DNA of 64,000 bases from assembly GCA_965112155.1 (NCBI GenBank), contig OZ218103.1. The stretch is one strand, 5' to 3'. The position numbers were made by a program, and so were the translations under genes. The notes below the pieces were generated by a model. It saw only the letters and a list, made by a program, of their open reading frames with translations. It had not been told where the DNA came from and searched no databases. This document shows, piece after piece, positions 1-13,013 of this stretch (position 1 is its first letter; the number at the start of each line of letters is the position of its first letter). This stretch comes from Podarcis liolepis (Eukaryota).

Positions 1-245
1 CCTTTCGGATTTTCAGCTCAAGGCTTTCAGGCCCTGGGCCACATCCATTCCCCATGCTGGATTTAATTTCACTTTTAATATGTATACTGCCTTTCTATAT
101 TACTATACACAAGGCAGTTTACAAGCTGAAAAACAACAAAATATACAACAAAGATGACTGATGTTTTAATGTATTCTTAATCTCTTGTTGGAAGCTGCCC
201 AGAGTGGCTGGGGAAGCCCAACCAGATGGACAGGGTATAGGTATA

Positions 246-296
<51 letters not shown>
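246..296 (+). repeat. (AAT)n microsatellite at the tail of a LINE/SINE 3' remnant (about 1-245)
   Basis: About 17 AAT units directly after gaagctgcccagagtggctgggg...ggtataaat, a typical squamate L2-type tail. Confidence 0.85.
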
Positions 297-627
297 TACA
301 CACCTTATAACAATCTGATAGGATACAAAGGATTCATAATAAAAACATAGTAACTTTAAAACAAACTTTTACCAAATAAAGCTGTATTCAATAATCCATT
401 AGACTATAACAGTACAAAATAAAATTAATTCTCAAACTATCAGCAAATAATAATCAGAAACTCACTCTTAACAATTATAATAAATGATTATTAAACTATA
501 ATCAAGTAAAATAACAGCAAGTGACAAGGCATAAAATACCACAATACATACAAAACCATGGAAACTGAAAAACTGAAAAACAAAGACACACAATTTTACA
601 AAATTATAATAATTTTGTTTCTGAAAG

Positions 628-819
628 GAACGACTTCCTCAAGGAGATAAAGATTATGTCCAGGTTGAAGGACCCCAACATCATCAGGCTGCTGGCCGTG
701 TGCATCACTGACGACCCTCTCTGCATGATCACGGAGTACATGGAGAATGGCGACCTCAACCAATTCCTGTCTCGCCAGGAGCCCCAGGACTTGTCGGAGT
801 GCTCCACCCCTTCTGTCAG
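628..819 (+). CDS. DDR2: Discoidin domain receptor tyrosine kinase 2, kinase exon (4th from last); gene begins upstream of the window
   Basis: aag|G acceptor, AG|gtagct donor, 192 bp. Translates (R)[63 protein letters not shown](S), which is DDR2-type sequence. Confidence 0.97.
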
Positions 820-2234
820 GTAGCTCATGAAGGCGGTGTGAGTGCTGGGTTGTGCACTGCCTCCTCTGTGTGCAGGCCTCATTTAGGTGGCAGCTGTTCC
901 ACATTCTGACTCCACAAGCCGCTGAGCTTGTGTGTGTGCATGTTGTACTGTGCTGCACAAAAGGGCTCAAGGTGCAGTCCTTGGGCATTTCCCCCCGAGC
1001 CTTTACTGGAGCAAAGGGGGTCCTCATTATCCCTCTTCTGCCCCCCAGCAAGTATTTGATTCCCACCCATTTCATCCCACCACCTCCTGCAGCCTTGTCT
1101 GTTCAAAGAACTATGATTGCTCTCCAGATGCTTCCTGTATAAATAATATTACAAGCTTGTTTTTTGCTCTGGGGAGACAACAAAATCAACGGCAGAGTGG
1201 AAGGGCTTGGTAAAAGTACTTTTTCACATTTCACATTTCTGTCCAGGCTTTTGTCCACGATGGAACTCAGAGCAGCATATCTGAGTCTTCTAGTCAGTGT
1301 CCTCTCCAGGCACTGGTCAGAACCAGACCTGCTTCGCTTCGGGAAGGTTGCTGCACCCTGCAGGTTCAGAGTGTGGCATCCTGGGATGGATCCATAGGAT
1401 TTGCTAGTTGGGGATGAAGACAGAGGTTGCTAAGGCAAGAGCTTGAAGAAGGGGGGGGCACCCAGCATGTTATGGGAGGACATACTGTCTGCATTAGGCA
1501 GAGTTATTCTGGAGAGCAGGAGACCTTCAGGCAGATGAGGATGATAAAGTGGGAAGCTGAGATATCGGGAAAAGAGCAGGAAAGGTGTAGCAGAGACACG
1601 GAAAAACTAAGGGTAGGAAGAGAGATACTGTACTATCTCGGGGACTTTGAATTATAGGGATCAGTGTAAAAGAAAAGCATCATCTAGTTTTTCTTCTTGC
1701 AAGGCCAACTCAGCCATGTATTAAGTAGCCTTCACAACTTCATGTTAGGGCTCGCCAGCACTTGCATTTGTCCTGCCCCTTTCTCCTGGGGAGACCCTCT
1801 ATTTGCGGCTGAATCGGAACAAGCAATAATCGATTTTGCTACAGATTGATGCTTGTTCCAATTCAGCGGTAAATAGAGGGTTTTCCTGGGGAAAACAGTG
1901 GAACAAGCAGAAAACCTCTCCGTCCCGTGCTGTATCTCCCTCTAGATTTACCCACCTAATTAGGGCTTTGCTTTTGCTGCTCCAGCTGATGCTCAAACTA
2001 CATGTGACTTCTAGGTGTTTTTAAATGGCGTGTTTAAGACTGCCCACATCTTTTTCTCTTATAAAAAGCAGCTGTGGGAGGCCTCAGTCAAGAGAGGCTG
2101 TAACAGCTGGATTAGTAGTTTGACCCATGCATTCCCCACCCCCACTCCCCCCCTAGCCCAAAGCTGCTATTTGCCCCATTTAAATAAGCTCAAAATCAAA
2201 ACCACCAGAATGCCTATATTATGCAAATCCAATT

Positions 2235-2945
2235 GAAAAAACACGTAAACATAATAGGCTGTATGATATCAATTGCAAAGTTATTTACTAGAAACTACTT
2301 CCTAAAAAATTAAATACAGCTTCTCATAAGTGTCAAAATCAACATCATGACATAATATATTAAAATGTAGCTTATTCAGTTGACAACCAAGTCCAGTACG
2401 TACAAAATACAAAGCCTATTTTGTCAGTGCTGTAATTCATTCATTTCCAATTTCTTCATCTTCTCTTGTATTTTTCTGTCTGACGTATTCCTTAGAAGAG
2501 GGACATGAAATAATCTTCTAAGTGTCTAATGATGATGATAAAGTTGGTAGACAAAAGAAACTGGCACTGGCAGATGCTGGCACAGGCAGACAAGACAAGG
2601 ATTTTTAATTGGTGTACCTATTATATTACAAAGTGTCTGTGTTTGTATGATTTAGAACTACGCACAGCTGACGAAGCCCCTTCGGGCAAAACGGGAATAT
2701 CCAGGATAAATACAAGAGAAGACAAAGAAATTAGAAATGAATGAATTACAGCACTGACAAAATAGGATTTGTATTTTGTACATATTGGACTTGGTTGTCA
2801 ACAGAATAAGCTACATTTTAATATATTATGTCATGATGTTGATTTTGTTACTATGAGAAACTGTATTTAATTTTTTAGGTAGTAGTTTCTAGTAAATAAC
2901 TTTGCAATTGCTATCATACAGCCTATTACTTTTACGTGTTTTTTC
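2235..2945. repeat. Long imperfect inverted repeat (about 240-bp arms at ~2235-2473 and ~2708-2945), probably a fold-back or Penelope-like insertion
   Basis: The arms are reverse complements, e.g. caattgcaaagttatttactagaaactac vs gtagtttctagtaaataactttgcaattg, and atcaacatcatgacataatatattaaaatgtagcttattc vs its complement. Confidence 0.85.
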
Positions 2946-3104
2946 CATTTAAAAAAACAACATATTTTGGGTGGAAGCAGTTTGACAGGAAAGTAGAAAG
3001 GGTGAAAGGGTTAAAAAAATGGCACCATAGTCCCATCTGGGTCACCTCCCCCAGCTGCTTCTTTGAAAGATTGAAATGCAACCCTTCTCAAGCCTGCAAT
3101 TTAA

Positions 3105-3891
<787 letters not shown>

Positions 3892-4473
3892 AAGACTTGT
3901 ATATATGGGAAGGAAAGGAGGAGAATGGGTCATGGGCTAGGTGAATATTGAAGGTACACATTCTTAAGGTTTTTAAAAATTATACTTTTAATCAAGTTTG
4001 TAGAATCCAGTTTAATACCATGGTTGGCTTTGTTAGCATCCTGCAGGAATACAAATTGGAATCGCCACTCTATTTTTAAAACATTCCTTTGCCCCATCAT
4101 ACTTTTATTTCTCTGATTGAACACAGGCAATTGACCTTTCAAGGGTTCCTTCTGATAGCAAACTCCCTGATGGTGACCACAGAAAGGAGAGCTAAATTTG
4201 GCAAAGGCCTGAAAATAACAGCTTCTTTCAACATGCCCTGCAATTCCAGCTGTGCTTCTCTACCAATGAGGGACTGAGAACTAGACTACCAAACTAGACT
4301 GCCCCAAAGACTGAAAAAGTGTCTTCTGCTGTTGCCACATATTTTTCTCCTGGAAGTCTCTTTGGGCTCTTGGGAGATGTACATCCCTGGATGTTTGTAA
4401 GTGCATGTTCCTAAATGGTGTGCTTTCTTTCTCCCTCTCTCCCTCTCTCCCACCCACCCATTTATCCATCCAG

Positions 4474-4623
4474 GGCAAGTTCACCACAGCAAGTGACGTG
4501 TGGGCGTTTGGTGTTACACTCTGGGAGACTTTCACCTTTTGCCGCGAGCAGCCATATTCTCAGCTCTCAGATGAACAAGTCATTGAGAACACAGGAGAGT
4601 TCTTTAGGGATCAGGGACGGCAG
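4474..4623 (+). CDS. DDR2: DDR2 penultimate coding exon
   Basis: ccag| ... |gtatgg, 150 bp. [50 protein letters not shown]. Confidence 0.98.
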
Positions 4624-4825
4624 GTATGGAAACAACAGGAAATAGGAAAAAACGAAATCTACCAGGTCATCTGCTCCATTATGGGACACTTGCATGTGCT
4701 TTAGGTGAAAAAGAGGACAGGACTACTGAACTTTTAAGAGTGTTGCATGCAAGATCCCAGGGACTTACCCAGGGTTCTGTTTCCTTGAAATTAGGGACAG
4801 TGGATGCTATGACATCTTTATGATA

Positions 4826-5067
4826 CAGTGGTACCTCGGGTTAAGTACTTAATTTGTTCCGGAGGTCCGTTCTTAACCTGAAACTGTTCTTAACCTGAAG
4901 CACCACTTTAGCTAATGGGGCCTCCTGCTGCCGCCGCACCGCCGGAGCCCGATTTCTGTTCTTATCCTGAAGCAAAGTTCTTAACCTGAAGCACTATTTC
5001 TGGGTTAGCAGAGTGTGTAACCTGAAGTGTATTTAACCTGAAGTGTATATAACCCGAGGTACCACTG
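4826..5067. mobile_element. Tc1/mariner-superfamily (Tigger/pogo-like) MITE, family B
   Basis: TA-flanked TIRs cagtggtacctcgggtta / taacccgaggtaccactg. Several other copies occur in the window. Confidence 0.9.
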
Positions 5068-5988
5068 TATATAGTTTATTTACACATATATGCAACCTGA
5101 GCCTAAGATGAAGAAGTTTACAGCATCAACACCCCAGAAGGTCACATCTTTGGATTCCCACAGAAGTCAAGCATGGCTTCTTCCATGACCCTGCTTCCAG
5201 CCCAGCTCACACCCACACACCCCAATAATTACAAGGGACTCAGACATCATGCAGGCTGAACCCCCAAATGCACAACAATACTTTAGTTGGTTTATAAGCT
5301 GCTTTCCCACAGTGAATTTTATCCGAAGCAGCTCACCACAAACACCAGCTTATCAAAGTACCAAACACCCCCCTCGCAAAAAATGTTTACAAAATGTATC
5401 AATAAATTTGAGTGTCAAAAATATTTACAAGCACAATATTACAAAGAAATAATATAATCTTAATACAGAAAATGGAAGGTAATTCCCATGGCTTCCTTTC
5501 CTACCAGGACGGCCTGATTTCCCATTTGCACTACGGCATGTTGACAATTTTTCACCCCTGTCTGGAAGCACTCAAAGCCTTGAGTAGTCTGGATTGCCCC
5601 ACTAGCAGGACCTTCCTTGCCTTGCAGATCATGCCATCTTCTTCTTAGAACAAGGAAAACGAGAGTTCTTGTGTGGTCTACTGGGTAGAGTGATTGGCCC
5701 TGAGTTCAAATTCCCCCAGAGCCATAAAATTATGTCAGCCTCTGATTAATCCTTCTCTCAGCCTCAACTTGTAAGCCATCCTGGATTCTTTGGAGGAAAT
5801 GGGGCTACAGATCTGATTAATAAGTAATCATTAATAAATGAAGTAGATTACTTTCAGCTACATTCCAGCTCTGCTGTTACATGCTACAAATGAAATCTGA
5901 AGTCTCCGGCTTCTAGTGTCTTTTTGAGAGGGGTTTTATCTGCCTTTATTCAGTATCTGTTCTCTCTCTCTCTTTTTCCTATTTAAAG

Positions 5989-6126
5989 ACCTACCTTCCG
6001 CAGCCTGCCTGCTGTCCTGATCCTGTATATAAGCTAATGCTCAGCTGCTGGAGACGAGACACCAAAAACCGACCCTCCTTCCAGGAAATCCATTGCCTTC
6101 TAAAAGAAGCAACCACTTTGTTGTGA
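5989..6126 (+). CDS. DDR2: DDR2 last coding exon
   Basis: Polypyrimidine tract and aaag| acceptor. [45 protein letters not shown] with TGA at 6124-6126. Confidence 0.96.
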   Translation, partial: TYLPQPACCPDPVYKLMLSCWRRDTKNRPSFQEIHCLLKEATTLL

Positions 6127-7029
6127 TGCCTTTCCTTCATGCCCTAAATACTCTGGACCGTCCCAGCCCATCTGCCCTCAAAAACTTACACATAGAACTG
6201 AAGCCACTTCACCTGGACTCACAATTTCTTTCAGTAGCGGAGTTGGGACTTTCATTATCGGCCACCAAAGGAAAGGAAAGGAAAAAGATGGGAACTGACC
6301 AGGTCTACCACACAACCTCATTCAAGGTGCTATACTTTGGATTGGCAAAGACTGGGGGAAGGGATGCTATTTATCTTGTAATGTCATAGGTTCCGGTTTA
6401 TGAATGGGTTTAGTCTGCGATGGGAAGAGGAAAAGACAACTCTTATTTTCTTATTTTCCTCTGAAGGAGGAACTTGAGATGTAGTCTGACTACACAGACT
6501 TGAGGTGGGAATAGGCAACACACACACACAGCTAGGAAGAGCGCCAGCACTTTATGCCCGGGGCTGTGTGGTGTGTGTGTGTGATGCAGTTCTGCCTGAG
6601 TGTAGAAAAAGAGTAGAATGTGATACCGGATGTAGAATTTGGCTTCTTTAACTCAGCTTTCATTTTAAATAGGAATAAGTTTTATGGTCTTTATTACTGT
6701 GTCTATACACTTGAAAGTGTACGAACAATGCTTGCTGAAATCTCAGAAGCCAGAAAAATTGCTGAGGTAGGTTTCCAGTGGTTTGTGAGACAGTCCTAAT
6801 GCACACCCCCCAAAAAAATTAACCAGATATGAAAAATTATGCAGATTTGCCCAGCTTGCACATTTTACACAATAATCAGAATTTGGATCACTTTGTGCTG
6901 GTTAAATCTTCTTTTTTAGTGTGGAGTACAGACTGCCTCAATTTAGTTTTTTTTGTATGCTATATCAAATATAGAAATGTCTCCTCCTATACACTCCAGA
7001 TCTAGAGCTTCTGAGACTCTATCGATTTA

Positions 7030-7470
7030 TCTATTTTAGAGCGCATGAAGATTTTTAATACTGTGTACAGTCCTGGTTTCTCCCATCTCAAAAGGGTTAA
7101 CATAGAGCTGGAAAAAGTGCAGCAGAGGGCAACTAAAATGAACTGGCCAAAGTGGCCATTTGAGGCACTTTAGATTAGAAAATGGCAAGTAATGGAGGGC
7201 ATGATAAAGGCTTAGAAAATTATTCACAGTGTGGAGAACGATAATTTTTTCTCACTATCCCTCATAAGGCTAGGACTCACAAGTATGCAATGAAATCTAT
7301 GGCACATCCGTTCAAGAGAGTCAAAAGAGAGCGTTATTTCCTACTATGGATAATTATCATATGGAATTCAGTGCCACATGCTTTGGTGATGGCCACTGGC
7401 TTAGACGACTTCGAAAGGGGATTAGATAAATTCATCAAGGGTGCAGTCCACAAGTGGCCTTTAGCCATGA
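7030..7470 (+). mobile_element. Degenerate CR1 LINE 3' fragment
   Basis: Decayed YCVQ(F)WSPHLK..ELEKVQQRATKM coding motif, followed by tggaattca...gtgatggcc...ggattagataaattcat. Boundaries are approximate. Confidence 0.7.
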
Positions 7471-8840
7471 CAGCTTCAGGGGCAGCTTATCTCCTAATTC
7501 CGGTTACTGGGGCCAAACAGTGAGGTTCCTGTTTCTGGGTTTCCCAGAAGCCTCTGGCTGGCTTTGGTCTGATGCTCCAAGTTTCTACTTATGAGGATAC
7601 TTCACTTATTGCCCAGGCTTCACCTCTCTGTAGCATCCCATTCTTTCATCTTTTTTCTCCAGAGCCTCAAAAGCTCATGCTCCAAGCTGCTTTGAGAACG
7701 GGAAAGGCCTATCATTTTGCTCCTATGAAATAGCTGCCTTCTGCAGAATAGATTCCTGGAATTGCTTAGTAGTAGGGCATGGTAGCTACCAAAGAAAAAG
7801 GTATAAGATTTTAGGAATTGTTAACTAAACTGAGTAAACCTTGTCACCAAAGTTCCCTGTCAAAATCTTTGCATTTTGTACCTTCAGAATTTGTAGGCTA
7901 GCCCATAATAACAATGGAAGATGTGTAGAGTTGGGATGTTCAGCTACAGCTAGTAAGCGGCTAGATTTAGCCTTCAACTGTCAGGGCAGCACAAAGCTGC
8001 AAAATCTGCCTTTTGGAATTGGGCTGTATCTGGAATCTAGGGAACAGGAGAGCTCTGAAATAAAGAAGGCTGTCACCATACAAGGGTCTCTGCAGACAAG
8101 TCCCATTTTGAGCGGGTCACAGGCTGATAGTGAGGCAGCAGAGGGGTGGCAGGTGGCTTGCTTGCTGAAAACCAGTGATAGTATGAAACCTCTTGAGGTG
8201 GCTCCTACTCATTTCAGTGAGGTGAATGGTGAAGGGCTAGCAAACTGGAGGCAGTTGGGTACCAACCAGGGAGCTAGTCTGAAAGCAGCTGAGAACCAAA
8301 CTAGGCATGAAGCAGGCAGCGGCATCTGTACTTACATACCTCTGCCCCCTTCCCATATAAAGTGGGAGGTTGGGTGAGGTCTGATGAAAGAGCTGGATTC
8401 TTGGTCTTTCCTCCCCTGTATTATCTTCCCGTGTTTCATCTCCCCAGCCAAGTTCACTTTTGGCATCGGACCAAAGCCAGGAGAAAAGTGTCTGAAGCAG
8501 CAGAGTAAAGGGAGGTGAACCTGAAGAGTGAAGGAGAGAGCCATCTTCTCTCAGATGCATGTACCTTTTGTTGTAGAAAAAACCATCCTCACACGCCCCA
8601 CACTTTAAACATGAAAGGGGCAGATGGGTGAACAAATGCGACTATTTCCATCATGTCTGCTTTGGCCCTTGGCCTGCACAAGCTGCTCAGACTAAAGTGC
8701 CAAGCAAAATGAGTAAGTTTTATAGGCTCAAGCACTAATCTATTGGCTGTTTGTGTCACCTCAGCCACAGGCCGATTGCAGGTCTTTTCAGCAAAGTGGC
8801 ACAAAAAGCAACGTGCTTCAAGACCTCCAGTGCCTTATGG

Positions 8841-9331
8841 CAGTGTTTCCCAAACGTTTTTGGGCAACGGCACACCTGTTTACTGAAAAAAAATCTCGCG
8901 GCACACCACCATTAAAGCCCCGCCCCGTGACGTCAGCGCGCAGCGTCACGCCGGGAGGGACGCACAAAAGTGAAAGTTTTTTCCCTCGGCAGCTCCTCTC
9001 AGCTGCGCTCAATCCGCCTCGGAGCGCAGGAGCGATGCCTCTCTCTGGCTCTCCCTCCGCGCAGGCTGAGGGAGGGAGGGAGGGGCGCGTGTGACCCGTC
9101 TCTGCTGGGAGACCAAACCCAGCGAGGCAGAGTCGCGCGGAGGCGCCCAGGCAGCGCTGCCGGCTGCGAGGAGGAGCGCCAGGCAGCAGCAGGAGGCGCG
9201 TCCTCTCCTCGCCGCCGCCGCCCCGCCTCTCGCCGCCCGACTCGCCCGCCTCCCTCCAGGCATCTCGCGGCACACCAGCCGATGTCTCACGGCACACTCG
9301 TGTGCCGCGGAACACCGGTTGGGAAACACTG
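8841..9331. mobile_element. hAT (Charlie-like) MITE with CpG-rich interior
   Basis: TIRs cagtgtttcccaa / ttgggaaacactg and exact 8-bp TSD ccttatgg (8833-8840, 9332-9339). Confidence 0.92.
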
Positions 9332-11534
9332 CCTTATGGGATGTTCCAGTCGATTATGTCCCATAGTCATCAACAGGAGGGGGCGGGCATCCTGCTTCTA
9401 GCACCAAAATGTGTTGGGCTAGCCTTTTGTGAACGGCAAGTATGGTGCTTCTTTCTTCTTGCAAGGCTTAGTGAGGTGAACCTGTGAGACTTTGTGATTT
9501 CAGATCTGAAAATCTTTGACTTCTTGCTCTTCTGGGTGTGGAGCATGGAGTTGCGACCACAGTCCTATGGCCTCCAATGTGGCAATTCACACAGGTGGGG
9601 TGGGAGCCATCAACAAGCAGATGAAGCATAATAAGGGATGAATAGATGACTTCCTTCTGCAGCAGGACTTGGCACCAACACGTGGGTTCTGAACAAAGTC
9701 AAAATTGTCTCTATGGATCTGGAAACCATCTGGAAACCACAGCTCTAAAAGCATAGTTCTCAAGGTGTGAGGTAGGCTTCTTGGACAGTTCAGATAACAG
9801 AAAAGAGAGAGACAGATTGTTCCTTGAAACTGCAAGGCCAGTTTGGGGTATGTTTTGACTGGGCTGAGAGATGGATTGCATCCTTTCACTCCCAGTCAGT
9901 CATGGGTGGCTCGGTGCCTAATTTCAACATGTACTAATCGTTTGCCAAATGTGTCTGTTTTGCTCTTTCTCTCATTTGGCACTGCTCTTCCCTTTCTTGG
10001 GATCCATCATGCAAGGAACCTTAAATCATGCTGTGTCAGTCTTCCTTCCTTTCCCTTTGATCGCTAGCCAAGGACAGGGGGAACGAGCTCTTGCCAGGCT
10101 TCCTTTCGGTCTTTGTATCTTGGGAGGCTCAAGCATTCCAGTTCTTCTTTTCGGATTATCGCCATCGTCAGCATCATGTTCTTTGTATGCTGCCTTTCCT
10201 TAGTTAAAGCAATTCTCAAGGCAGCTTACAACATGAAAATATTTACATAATTACGAACACAACTGAAACAATTATAAACAGTGATTAAACACATCAAAAT
10301 GTACAAATCTGAACAATTTCCACATTAATCATAATAAGATCTAAAAATCAAGATAAAAATAATAATATCTATAACAGCAACAAAAGCCTTTCGGCACTTT
10401 TAGTGGTTGCTTCATTTAAATATAACTTTGTCAGACTTGACGCAAGTCACAGTCTGCGGGGAGAGACTGGCAGAAGTGAGCTGAGGCAGACCTGGGCAGA
10501 GTGAAATAATCAGGATAACTGAGGAGTCTTCTTCCTGTGGTGTCAAACTCTCCACATAGCCCTCTGTCCAGCATCCTGAAAGGCACCACGCTATTTTCCC
10601 TGCTAGAGGATACATTCTTGCAATTGCCATTTTACAATTACTTACTAAGATCTAAATATCTCACTTCGATGTCTGCACAAACAGCCTGGCTTCCTTCTAT
10701 GGGCTTTGCTGCTTCTGATTCAGTAGCATTCAGCTATTTTGCATCTTAGTGACTGCTCATTTACTCATACCACAAAACTAAACTAGGGGTGAGGGAATTT
10801 TGGACCATGAAATGTGGGGAGGTAAGATGTGCGTCCATAGCTCATTGCCTTCCAATGTGCTCCTCACTTTTTAAGGATTTTTGAGGATTATTGCACTTTT
10901 GTTGGTAGCATTGGTACGTGCAATTAAGCACATGCTTGTTTTATTTTGTCGCCAAGGGAGTCTTGTAACTAGATTTTTGAAGTATGAAATCGCAGATATA
11001 ACAAAGAAAAACAAACACCAGAAACCCCACCTTTCACGTAAAGAGAAGAATCTACTTTTTCTCCCAACTGTAAAGTTGATTTTTTAATTTTTTTACCATA
11101 GTAACACCACATTATATGCTACAGCTTCCCACCCTTGGTGGTTTAAATGGAGGTGAAAAACTCATGTTTGTAAATAGCTTGCTACCTGATTGTTTATGGG
11201 AACTAAAAATTCCATCCAGGCTCCAGATCACCAGGTTGGGAAGGTTCTGTAATCCCCCCCCCCCCCCCGCCTTCCATTCTCTCCCTCCCTGCCTTTCTCT
11301 CCTATAAAAGGCTCAGGTGTATGTATTTAAGCAGACATTTTATGAAATTATTCACAATATAGGTCATATTTGCACTACATAACAAATGAATTACCGAGAC
11401 ATCAAATAACACAGAACTGCAGTATGTCACAAGTGAAGATGCTGTCTTAACAACAACAATTTTTTAAAATAAATAATGCTATTGTATATAGGTCAACTCT
11501 TCATAAAGCACCTTGGTAGAAGCCTGGTTTAAAA

Positions 11535-12069
11535 ACCAGGCTCAGGGCGGCTAACAGCAAATATAAAACATTGATTAGAATGCAACTTAAAAACAGCATA
11601 AAGCAGCATAAAATGCAGCATCAATATCAATAAAATTCAAAAATTCAGGGGTCATTTTTTGGGGGGGAAGAACAAAACCCAGTCAGGAGACATCAAATGA
11701 TCACCAGGGTTAACTGGCCCAGTTGGTCCTACAAGGGCCAGCAAGGAGACCAGGGAAGAATTTAAATGTGGGGTCCCAGAAAGGGTTTCTTCATAGAAGA
11801 GGACAGGGAAAAGGGAATAGAGGATCAGGCTAATTCAAACTGAAGGCCAGGCGGAATAGCTCTTCTTACAGGCCCTGTGGAAGGAGATCACGTCCTGCAG
11901 GGCCCTAGTTTCGTGGGACAGAGAATTCCACCAGGTCGGAGAGGTCCCTGAAAAAGCCCTGGCCCTGGTAGAGAATAGTCTGGCTTCCTTAGGGCTCGGG
12001 ACCTTTAAGCTATTATTACCTTAGGGTGCTCTGTGGGACATACCAGGAGAGGCGGTCCCGTAAGTACGA
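11535..12069 (-). mobile_element. L2-clade LINE 3' fragment
   Basis: Reverse strand shows decayed YLRDRLS...RAFS..P.WNSL..-like coding, then an AT-rich UTR and gttagccgccctgag tail. Boundaries are approximate. Confidence 0.7.
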
Positions 12070-12653
12070 TCTAAAAAGTTTGGGAAAATAAAAAGAAACA
12101 GTTTATTTTAGAGCAGGTTGTGCATTGCATCCATCACATTGCAAGTCGTCACCTACAAGTGGAAGTGGGCCTAGCAAGGAACAACGGATGTTTCAGGGTG
12201 CAGGGCTCCTGTTTGGAGTGTGGGCCAGCTCAGCCACCTACGCCTTTGTTCAGGATACTCCGTTCCATTAACCCCCTCCTAGTTTTCTGACACACACACA
12301 ACTTTCCCCCAACAGATGCTCAGCTTTCTGTGGCCACTGAAAAGGGGTTGATAAAGGGGCTGCCTTCCTGTCAGATCCAAAATTTGTTGTTGTTAGGGTC
12401 TGCTCAGTAGGTGCGGTGAGCCTGAAGCACCGCCCCCCCCCCCAGGCACAGAGGCAAGTGTGCCCTTTCTCTGAGTGCCAGCAAATGCCATTAAGTGTCA
12501 TGACCACTGCTGAATATAGAGGTCACCTATTGCTGCCATAGCTAATAACCACTCACAGATTTTCCCTGCATGAATTTGTGTAATACCCTTCTGAAGCCAG
12601 CAGCCATCACTACAGCATCTGACCGCTAATTAACTATTATTGTTTGTTAACTA

Positions 12654-13013
12654 AAAGGTAAAGGTACCCCTGACCGTTAGGTCCAATTGTGGACGACTCT
12701 GGGGTTGCGCTCTCATCTCGCTCTATTGGCCGAGGGAGCTGGTGTTTGTCCGCAGACAGCTTCTGGGTCATGTGGCCAGCATGAATAAGCCGCTTCTGGT
12801 GAACCAGAGCAGCGCACGGAAACTCCGTTTACCTTCCCGCTGGAGCGATACCTATTTATCTACTTGCACTTTGATGTGCTTTTGAACTGCTAGCTGGGCA
12901 GGAGCTGGGACTGAACAATGGGAGCTCACCCTGTTGCGGGGATTCGAACCGCCAACCTTCTGATTGGCAAGTCCTAGGCTCTGTGGTTTAGACCACAGCG
13001 CCACCCGCGTCCC
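12654..13013 (-). mobile_element. Sauria SINE
   Basis: Reverse strand starts gggacgcgggtggcgctgtgg (tRNA-related head with ggttcgaatcc B box) and ends with an (accttt)n tail. Approximate TSD ttgtt(tg/ca)ttaacta. Confidence 0.92.

Noticed and set aside
596-1075. 159-aa minus-strand ORF and similar antisense ORFs over DDR2, HSD17B7 and CCDC190 exons
   Set aside because: These are shadow frames of real exons on the opposite strand, with no independent splice or homology support.
7841-8377. 178-aa plus-strand ORF downstream of DDR2
   Set aside because: TTG start, no recognisable domain or splice context, and it lies in probable 3' UTR.
8753-9401. Cluster of overlapping Arg/Ala/Gly-rich ORFs
   Set aside because: Stop-codon depletion in a GC-rich MITE interior explains them.
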